Under the pieces are notes generated by a model. That model saw only the letters and a program-made list of their open reading frames with translations, did no database searches and was not told where the DNA came from. The position numbers and the translations under genes were made by a program. From Geosiphon pyriformis uo1 (lineage: Eukaryota; Fungi; Glomeromycota): 32,849 nucleotides of DNA. This document shows, piece by piece, positions 12,675-23,300 of the stretch. The DNA is taken from NCBI GenBank assembly GCA_016748015.1, contig JAAOMT010000706.1, positions 1-32,849 of the forward strand. The letters run 5' to 3'. Each line of letters starts with the position of its first letter. Within the stretch, counting starts at the first letter, position 1.

Positions 12675-13444
12675 TATGTGAAAAGCCAAATAGACAAGTT
12701 TTTTAGACTTGATATTTTTGCGATGACACCATTAGCTTCGATCACGAGTTCGCGCTACCTTTTTATTGATCCGACTAACGGCATTCATTGCTTGAGATTC
12801 GTCTTCTACATTGCCTTTAACAATAACCCATAAAATTTTAATTGGGATTTAAATCCGGGCTGTTAGCTGGCCAATCTATGACATCACGCAAAAAATTCTT
12901 GAGCAATCCGACTTTTTAAGCTTTGGATCATTATCGTACTGAAACTGCCGTTTATTTCTTCGCATTTTCTTAATCTCAGGCAAGTGATTTTGAAGAATTC
13001 AGTATAAAATTGGCCATTAATAATGCTAGTAATAAAATATTTGCTATGTGGTTCGAAATTCTGGATATGCTGATTTGTAGATATGCATGTATTAGCATTA
13101 ATATTCATCTAATTATTGAGGTAAAAAGACGTTTAAAACAGATAATAATCTTAAATTAAATATCGAGTTAATATTAAAATTTCATATTAATCTATTAATA
13201 AAATTCATAAAGCAATTTCTAATCGCATTAACTCACTAAAATCCAAGTTAAACCTTACACAAGCGAGGGCCAAAGAAATTATATTAAACTTGTTATTAAA
13301 ACTATCACTGATATCAAAGGGCTAGAACTAGATTATGCATTCCAAAGAAATTTATCAATGAGCTATTGAAAGCGGTAGAATTTAATTCAACTTGAAGTTT
13401 TCATTCAAACTAAAAATAACAATAAGACAAATTCCAGACGATCT
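12675..13444. repeat. Direct repeat A, copy 2 (may extend left toward 12417)
   Basis: Colinear with 1-752; carries 19 extra nt (GGTAGAATTTAATTCAACT, 13374-13392). Confidence 0.95.
12728..13024 (-). pseudogene. Frameshifted Tc1-family transposase remnant, copy 2
   Basis: Same FQYDNDPK, WPANSPDLNP and VIEANG motifs as 54-350. Confidence 0.85.
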
Positions 13445-14419
13445 GGGCAAAGAGAATTGAATTCTAATGGAGCAGAAATTTTGATTGTGAACATATTGCA
13501 AATATTTGTTAAGATCACTAAGATATAAGTAAGTTGAACTCGTCAAACTTATTGGGAGTCATTCTGCTATAACGAATGCTGATAAAGAATTAACATTTGG
13601 AGATGCTAGCAATTCATCGAGTATGTAGAAAGAATAGCTAAAGAAAAAACCAACTAGATTTTATTTCTATAATCAACAAAACCTATAGCTTTGTGTATCG
13701 ATTTGTGTATAATTATTCTTGATTGCAAAATTAATTGAAAGTCACAATCAACATCAAAAATGAAAAGTTATAAAATTAAAATTTTGCACAATAATAATTT
13801 ACATTTTTTTTCAAAATTTTCAAGATCAAGATGAATAATCAATTAGAAAATTGTTTGTGCGAAACCTTTAAATTTAATTAAACATTTGAAAAAAAAATTA
13901 TCTAAAACCAAAAATTTATTCTACTACTACTACTACTACGTTGTTATTTTATTTTTGAATCTTAATTAAGTGAAAAAAATTGTCCCAGCGACCATTAAAT
14001 TCCAATTGTTTTTGCAAGATATATAAAAACTTGATTTTTTTCACTCACAAATATTAACTAGGAAATCAAATATTTTTCCTAAGAATCAACAAAGATCTGG
14101 ACAAAATACTTAGTAGATCAAAGGCACATAAGAGCACTACCATATTGTTTCTAACTCCTGGTTATCAGTTAAAACAAATATTAGCTTAAAAATGTCAACA
14201 TAAATGGCAGAAACTATAAGAACGGTATCAATAAAGTTTTAATATGGTTTGAATTTGTTATTTTATTGGAACTATAATTTTGGATTCTCTTATCTCATCC
14301 TTAAAAAAAGCATGAAAATAACTTATATTTGAGACTAAATAATTCCCCTATTAATAGCCCTTATTTTTATTAAAATTTTTGTATCTTAATTCAATATAAT
14401 ATCCTTGATCACTTTCATC

Positions 14420-16242
14420 ATGATCAAAATCAAACCCAATTTTTTTAAATTTTTTTTTTTCATTTTTATTATTTCCGTTTCAAAAATTTTGCATGTTCAA
14501 ACAAAGCCTATTTATGAAGATTTGGCGGCTAATGATCTTGAACAAAATCTCATTCCAGTTGATTATTCTTTTGAGTCAGATGCTGGATTATTAAAAGAAT
14601 TGGACACTAAAAACGGTTGGATCCTAAACGAACGAACGAACTAAATTGTTCAGATTTTATTAATTTGAGCATTTTAATATGAGAATTAAAAATTTTTCTA
14701 CACTTTTTAGCACCATTGATTCCTTACGACAATCAACTTAGGTTTAAGGCTGTAATCACAACACCATCACTTGTCAACCAACTCAACCAAGAATTCAGTA
14801 ACACTTTGCAACCGCAGACTGTATCCGAAAATGTGTTCCCAATGCCTTCTAGTATGGCTTCACTTGTTGATGAAGGAAGGGAAAGTCAAGTTTCAACACA
14901 GCCTGAAGATAGCTCTACATTTACCGTGGAAAATGGAAACAATGAATTGAATCTAGTATCGTTTTCACAAGATAGCTTACCAAATATACCAGGTAAATTT
15001 AAAAGTTATCTGATAAATTTAACTTGAAAATGTAATTTTAAATATTGTTATTAATCTTGAAATTTCCTCGATTCAGAAAACTCTCCTACCAAAAATGAAA
15101 TGAGGCTTGTGGCATTTAACCTGGGTGAAGGGTACAACAATTTTAAAAAGGATCGAGATCTATTGAAAAATGATTCAAAGGAAGTTCAAGATTTAAGAAG
15201 TTATGCACTCATGGCGAAAGCTATATCCTGTAATTTTGAAGGTCAAATAATGTATTTTGAGCGTAAGATTTTATTAATATCTTATTTGTTTGATTTAAAG
15301 ATAATTAATCAGATAATCTAAGCTAATTTAATTGATTCATTTCTCAAAGAAATCCCTGATACAGAGATCGCAGTTACATTTTTTAGTGAGAAAAAGCCAT
15401 ACGATAATTTAGTAACGGATTATAAAGTTGATCAGATCTCGTATCCCAACCCTCCAAATGAGGTAGAATTTTTAAAATCAATTGGAAAGGAAAAAGGTTT
15501 AATGGTCCATTCAGGATTTTATCAGAGGTGGTTAACCCTGCAAGAAGAATTTCTTCAGAGGATGGCGAAACTGACATTCTCGCATAATAATGCTGTTGTT
15601 CGATTTATCGGGCATGGTGTCGGTGGAGGTTTGTTCTCAAATTTCAAAGTAAGTAGAAATTTGAGACTTTATAATTAAAAATGAAAATTATTATTCTTTA
15701 GTCTACGCAGTTTTTGCGTCTTTATCATATCTTGCAAGATATCCTAAAAAAGATATTGCTGTATACACTTACGGCCAACCGCGAATGGGAAATGAAAATT
15801 TTCGTGCCCTTATTGAAAAAATCATCAACCATCAAAAAGGGACATTTCAAATCTTTCGTGTTACTCGATCTGATGATCCTGTAGTTCATTGGCCAATGAA
15901 TGACGAGTCGGATCCAGGCGTTGAAGACATCATAATACTTGCCGGCGGCATAGTAAAACAGAATGCGTTTGTCCATCATCAAACCGAATATTTTTTCGAA
16001 GAGGAAACTAATCATGTGTATAGGTGCAAAAAACCATGGTTCAAAAAAGAAAATAAAGTATGTATATTTATCCCATTTTTGCACCAGGTTTAGGTGATTT
16101 CTTAAAGATAAATATAAAATTCTTGAAATGGGTTTTTTTCTTTTACTTTTAGTCTTGCGCCAATGGGAAGGAACTGAACTCTCAAGTTAACAAGCATAAC
16201 GGACCTTACTTTAATGCTACAATGGAGCAATGTATACCTTAA
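14420..16242 (+). CDS. Probably secreted class-3 lipase-like alpha/beta-hydrolase-fold protein, 6 exons, about 462 aa, lacking the catalytic serine
   Basis: Exons 14420-14615, 14711-14992, 15077-15262, 15350-15628, 15702-16057, 16153-16242; GT-AG introns; 1389 nt in frame. Hydrophobic N-terminus. Lipase_3 motifs VHSGFY, FIGHGVGGVYA, YTYGQPRMGN, RVTRSDDPVVHWP, HHQTEYF, HNGPYF. Confidence 0.9.
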
Positions 16243-16749
16243 GAAAGACCTTACGGCATGAATCCAACTAAATATTTTCTACGATTTATTTATTACTAAT
16301 TTTATCAGGTGGAGAGTTTTCCTGAAAATCATTTTTTTAATATAAGCACTAATGAAAATGTTCTAAATCTTTTCAGTTTAGGAATCCTGGCTTTTAAGCA
16401 ATTAATATTTTTTCAGTCCAATCAAATATTACATTATTTTAATAATGATAATTGTTATATATACGCATAAAAAATGAATCTTAAATCACAAAATCTTTTA
16501 TTTTAATATTAAGTATACAGGGGGGTATAAAAAGTATTGGACACTTAATATAATATATAAAAAAGGCTATATATAGTAATACCATTACCAATTTAAGCCA
16601 TAATTTTTTTTATAATTACTTATAATTATAATCTACAAATCAACATAAATCGCGTCCTTGTAAAACACAACAGTGGATCATACGCGTATATATAAAATAT
16701 CAAACATTCTTGTCATGAAAAAATTTACCGCATCAAATGTGTCTTGGAA

Positions 16750-16768
16750 AGATGTGTATAAGAGACAG
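16750..16768 (+). other. Tn5 mosaic end / Nextera adapter sequence (library contamination)
   Basis: Exact 19-mer AGATGTGTATAAGAGACAG, translated as MCIRDR in ORF 16737-17339. Confidence 0.97.
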
Positions 16769-17339
16769 ATCTACATATACACAATTTAGGACTATAGGAT
16801 TTGGACGTGTATGGCGTAAACCTTCCAAAAAGTTTCATAAGGATTGTATTGCAGCCACAGTTAGAAAAAGCTTTGGTTGCATGTTTTGGGGATGTTTTTC
16901 ATGGGTTGGTTTGGGTCCTTTAGTTCTTTTGGTTGGTCATATTACTGGAGTTATACACCGTGAAACCTTGGCTAATTATGCAATTCCTACGGTAAAACTT
17001 CATGCAAAAAAAACTAAAAATAAGTTTTTTTTTCAGGAAGACAATGCACCAATCCACACATCAAAAGTCGCGCGTTCTTTTCTTACCTCATCAAATGTTG
17101 AATTACTTCCTTGGCCAGCACAAAGTCCTGATATTACTCCAATAGAAAATTTTTGGTCATATATTGAAGTTAAAATTCGTCAACGTAATTCACAACCCTC
17201 AAATATTGTACAATTGGAACGGTGGGTTAAGGAAGAATGGGATGCGATACCTGTAAATTACTATCATAATTTGATCAAGTCTATGCCACGTCGAGTTCAA
17301 GCTGTTTTTGAAGCAAATGGGGGTCAAACAAAATACTAA
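16769..17339 (+). CDS. Tc1 transposase catalytic domain, 5'-truncated in this assembly
   Basis: MFWGCF, FQEDNAPIH, WPAQSPDITPIENFW with 34 residues between the second D and the E, SMPRRVQAVFEANGGQTKY*. The HTH region and first catalytic D are missing at the adapter junction. Confidence 0.9.
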
Positions 17340-20300
17340 CATGTATTTTAATATAATAATAAAAAATTAACGATTCATAAGTTAGTTCTTTTATATAACA
17401 TATTATAAAAGTGTCCAATACTTTTTATACCCCCCTGTATATTAAAAGTTCTACAGTCTAAAGTAATTTTATTTCTGAGAAGTTGGAGATAGCTTTTAGA
17501 CGTGGAAAATGAACTCTGTCACAATTTTTTATCAGTTAAAAGTTTTTCTAGTCATCTAAAATAGGAACTGAAAGATATTAAGATTTTAAAAATCTTGGTT
17601 GACTTCAACTATATAATCCGATTCTCTCATGTCAGTCAATTTATATTTGGTAACATTTGATATTGCTCTCGCTCTTTAAAATTAGTAATGAAATAATCAC
17701 TTTGAACAATAGCTAAAGATATAAAGAGATATAAGGTTAAATCTTTTTCTACCTTCAAAGTTCCCCCAACCAGAACGTTCGTATTTAAAGCCAAAGTAAA
17801 AGAATTTTTTTCCACAAACTGAAATGGAACAATTTGATAAAATTTACAAAAATATTCAAAATTAATAATTAGAGGCGAGTCATATTTAAGCAAAATTTTG
17901 AAATTAAAATCGCGAAAATAGGTTAATTCCAAATTTATTACTTGATTTGTTAATTTAAGTATTATAAAAAAAATTTATGTTCAATTGAACAGTTTGAAAA
18001 TTTTAATTGAAATAACAAAAGATTATGAAAATGAAAATGAAAATCAATATATAAAAAACTTGAAATATTAAATTGTAGAATAAAATATTTTTAATCTGAA
18101 AACAAATATTTATTATTTTTCAAATCTAAAATAATTTAAGATCACAAATACATTTTTATACTTATATAATATAAAAAAAATAACAGTATAGTGTGTTTGA
18201 CAGAAAAAAATAATTAATAAATTTTGTTACAAAAATTAAAAACTCATAATATAAGCATGATTATTACTCAATAATATAATTGAATAAAAAATTGAAATTT
18301 TTAAAATATTTTGATTTTAATTTATGATAAAAGTCAGCAACTAATAATTGTTCATAAAAAATTAAAAATTAATTTTTATCTTTAATCACAATTTTATTTT
18401 AATCATAATTATACTTTATCTAATTAGTACTCAAATCAAATTTTATTCAATATACAACAATTTGCACTTTAAAATTGTTTTTTTTAGTTTATACTGTAAA
18501 TAGTTTAAATTATTAATTAATTTACAGAATTACAGACAGCTAAAACCAAATCATACAATATTTAAAGTATTTAACTGTTCAAGAAAAACAAAATTTTTGT
18601 TTTTTTCTGTTTTAATTTTAAAAAGTAAAAATTGCAACTCAAAAACAATTACAGTTATTTATATTGAAATTGTAATTAAACAATGAATTCAAATAATTTC
18701 AACATTTTGTGGTATTGTATTTGTAAAGATTGATCGTTTCCTTTAAAATTTGCTTTAATATTAAATACGATTATCTATAAATTATTAACATTTAAAAAAG
18801 CCTGTAAAATTTTAATATAGGGCAAAATGGTATCGAAAGAACACGATTAAAATGGATGACTATTTGGTAAAATATTTTTGAGGCTATATAATATGTTTTG
18901 TCTCAAAAAGTTTTCAATTAGTATTTTTTTACTAGCAATTGAGACATAAAAATTAGGAGTAAAACTTCACTTATGAAAGACTCCTTAGATTAAATCTAAA
19001 CTTCAAGGTTAATTAAAACTAAAAAAGTAGATATTTGTAACTCAATTTTATAAAACAACGAAACGTGAAACAAACAAAAACCCTTTTTCATAAGTGATTG
19101 GTATATGGCGACTAGTTGAATTCAGAAAAGTCTGTTAGACATTCACACCCAACCACTCTCTCTAATTTGACTAGAGCAACATACAATATCATATTTAACT
19201 CTTTTTGATCAGTATTTTCATTTTATTCATTTCTAAAATTCTTGTGATCTCTGGTCTTGTATAAGATTTTAAGGTATTTATTATCTTTAGCATAAAGAGA
19301 ATAAATCGACCTTCTCTTCATGTTAATTAATATATTTTAATAATCATGATAAAATGAAAACCAAATTATTAAAAATTATTAACAGCTACATTTTATTACC
19401 TATTAGTGATTGGGGACTAGAATATTGATACCTTTAAGCAAGCACTGGATTAATCTTGTCTTAAATTTCACACTAAAATAAAATCTCATACTCATATATC
19501 TATATATTTTTCCAACTTAAGAATTATGTCTGATTTCCAAGAAAATTCTTGAGGAACAAGAAGTTAGTAGGAAGTCTGTTATTGTTGAATAACACAACCA
19601 TTAAATAGCACATCAACAATTGAAATTTGGATAAGAAAGAGTTCTATAGCCTTCACAGTCACACATGTTTGCCATGGATTGAAAGTGGTACCACAAAAAT
19701 ATGATATGCTTTCTAGCTGACTATGTAGAAAAAAGTTTTCACCTTTCAAATTCTCTAATGTTAATATCAGCAAGAGGCTTGTTTTTAAGAATCAAAAATT
19801 GACTCGGCTTCATTTGAATATTATTCAATTAAAAAAGACCTTATCTCGCTCAGAATGTACAACTTTCATTGAAAGACTATGAGTACTTCTTTCACTCATT
19901 TATATTCTTAAATGGGTAGAGACTCATCAATTAACTGTAAAACTGGCCATCTTCATTCCCAATTTTCATCAAATGTCGAGATAACAAATGGAGATAAGCA
20001 AATGGAAATGAAGATAAATGTTATCAATATTTTTATGGCAAGATCTTTGATTATTGTATATCCAATTTTTCTCGCAAATTTCAGCAATAAGAGAAAACAG
20101 AAAATTAAGTCAATAAATAGAATATTTATACCTGTATAGCACACCTTGATTACTTTGATTTAACATTTTTTTCATGGATTATTAGCAATTTCACAATCTT
20201 ATGTACCCCTTTTCTAATACTGGAAAGACAATATTTATCTAGAAAATATACAGGAAATAAAATTTATTTTTAGAATAGGACTCTGTTCTAAATAATAATG

Positions 20301-20346
20301 CATATTTTATATATTGTTAGATATCTCATAAAAATTCCCAACTTTG

Positions 20347-20373
20347 CATCATCATCATCATCATCATCATCAT
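20347..20373. repeat. (CAT)9 microsatellite
   Basis: Read directly. Confidence 0.9.
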
Positions 20374-23300
20374 AAAGTTAAAATGACTATTTGCATTAAT
20401 AAAATTTGTGCATTGAATGACCAAAACTTTAAAATTGCATTTTGATTATATTCAACTAGTCATTTATTCACGGACTCTAGGAAAAAAGTGATTAAAAGCA
20501 AAGCATATTTTATAGTGTTCTTAGAACAATATGATGAAAAAATATGTGAAAAAACTGGAATAAGCTATTATTATTTTAAGATTTAAAGTGTTTCATATTC
20601 ATCAAGAAAAGTCTCGTCAGTATAATTAAATTTATATAGAAAAGTAAAAAACATGATCGAACAATTTTTAAGCAAACTCAAGAAAATTGTATATAAGTCA
20701 CCTCAAAATTCTAGGCAATATATTGGGTTTGGTAAAAACAATCTCCAAGTCAATAGAAAATAATATTATCAAAAACAGGCCAATAACAATTGTATTAAGT
20801 GCTTCACCAAAAATAATTCAAACATTAGAAATATTTTCGCCATTCAAAAGAAAGGTAAAAAAATATTAATAGTTGATAGGTATATAATTTATTCAGCCAG
20901 ATTAAGTATGAAGTTTGATATTGATCCATGTAATTAATGTGTGTTAATAATGATTTTCTTGATCGGAAAAAATTCCCCTCCTTAAAAAAGATTGGTTTAG
21001 AAAGCAAAATAATAAATAATAAATAATAATTGTTTTTTAAAATTAAGTTTTAAAATACGTTCAAAGAAACTAAAATTAAGGAACTAATTTAATGGTCTTT
21101 CTAGCAATAATTTTAATGTTTATATTGAACTTGGAATACATTTAGTTGTTATAATAAATCAAACCATTAATTTTTAAATTTATATAAATTATTAAAAATA
21201 TCACTTCTTTTTTTATTAATTCCTAAATCACCAAGATCCAAGAAATTACTAAAGTTTACACTCTTGATTAAAGCTCTCTAATTTTTTAAGTAAACTTATA
21301 ATTTTGTTTCTCAACATTGTTCAAGTTAAAGATTTTTGATTTTTTTGTTTGAGAACTTTTTGTTAGTAGCAGTAGTAGTGAAAAAACGGCAAAAAAAGCC
21401 AAAAACCGGTTTTATTGAATATTTTAAATAAGTATAGAAAGCCAAAGAATGCTAAAAATGCTCAAAATTCTGGTAATAACAAGAAAAAAAATTGCAACAT
21501 TGGACAGCAAAGCAATGTTTAATAAAGGGTATTAAAAAAGCAGTATGGAAAAGCAGATCATAAATAACATGTTAACACAACTGGCAAAAGTAAAAAATTT
21601 GAAATACTTGCCAAAAACTTAGCAAAATAATTTGGAAAAAAAATTTTATTAATCAAGATGCAAAACTTAAAGAAAAAAATATATATTTTTGTAAATAGGT
21701 ATATTTTTATTGCTGTCTCTTATTCAAAAGAACTTATTCAATATTAGTGTTAGAAATTTTTTGCTTTAAATTTTAATTTTATAGCATTTGGCTTATGAAA
21801 AACTATTAAAATAAGAAATTTCAATTTTATTTAAGATTTTGTGAAGGGCATTACATTTTTAAAAATTAAAAAAATCATCTAAACTACATTACTTTTAAAA
21901 ATAGTAAAATTGCTATTGTAAGTTTGGCCAAAGAAAATATTTTAATTGTAATTAATACTATTAAATCTGTGCAAGTATGTTTATATTGAACTTTATAAAG
22001 GTATTCTCTTTCACCTAATAAATAATATTTCTTTTCTACCTAATTTCGATTATGTTTTAAAGTGTTTCCCAAATGTAAATCACAATAATCAGTTTTTTCT
22101 TTTATATTCTCTTTTCCTTGAACTAATATTGTTTAATTATAAATAATCTAAGTTGTTTTAGTACTCAAAGACATCAAATAAATTTTCTATTGTCTTTTTG
22201 CTTAAACAAATAGTTTTAACAGATCTGTAAATAAAAACTTAATCACTATTACTTAAATACAATAAATTAATTCAAAAACATAAAACCCAAAGAAACATTA
22301 TAAATTTACAATTAATTAAGATTTATCTAATAACCTATTAATTTACATATAAAGATTTCAAATAAAAATTAATATAAAGATTAAAGGCAAAATTTATTTT
22401 TTTAAAGCACAAATTAAAAAAGTTTATATATATATTTTAATATACAAATTAATAATAAAGTGTATAAGAGTTTTGTATTTAAAAAATAGTATCCTAGATT
22501 TTTGAAAATAATAAGTTGACCAGTTTAAAACTTGTAAATCTTTTTAATTATACATTAAAAAAATTTAAATATAATAACCAAGCTAAAAATTAAATAAAAA
22601 AAAACAAATTAATTAAAAATATAAACTTGAAATTTGTTAAAAATAAAGATAATTAGAAATAGAGTTTTGTTTTAGAATAATTAAAGTTTATAAATTTGAA
22701 AAATCTACATATTTGGTTTCAGATATATAAAGTATAATTAATTGATTTTTTTTAGATATAGCAATTGGTTTAAATTTCAAATTAAAGTACATTTATATAG
22801 TCATCTTAAGTCTATACAGCAATAAATTTTTATTATAAAAACATTATTTTCTATACTGCACTGGTAATTTTTGCCTTACCAGTTCCAGATTTTTAATAAA
22901 AAACATAGATTAATATGATGTATTTTATTATAAAATTTCCATGAGTTAATTTATTATACTTATCAAGATGATTCCATCTATGATTTTAAATTTCATTGTA
23001 AATTTTTTGAAAACCCAACTTAAAGGAAGAATATTTTTGCAGTTTTTTGTTGTGTTTTTTAATATTATTTATAATTAAGTGAGTATTATCTAAAATCTCT
23101 ATCATCAAAAAAAGTACCAAATTTTTGTTTTTGTTTTATAATAGTGTTATAAATATAAAAAACAAAGCTATGCTTTGACTCAGTCTTTATTGAAAAGTTT
23201 TTATTAACTAAATAATGTAACCAAAAAGCAATTGATTGTTCTTGCTTTATTATAACTGCCAACTTTAGTTCAGGAAATACTAAATGTTTATCCTCAAATA

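Larger units (their letters stand above)
16518..17437 (+). mobile_element. Tc1/mariner DNA transposon (DD34E) with perfect 29-bp TIRs and TA target-site duplication
   Basis: TIR CAGGGGGGTATAAAAAGTATTGGACACTT at 16518-16546 and its reverse complement at 17409-17437; TA at 16516-16517 and 17438-17439. Confidence 0.96.

Noticed and set aside
16737-16768. Novel N-terminus MCLGKMCIRDR on the transposase, or a bacterial Tn5 insertion/horizontal transfer
   Set aside because: It is the synthetic mosaic-end adapter; no other Tn5 sequence is present.
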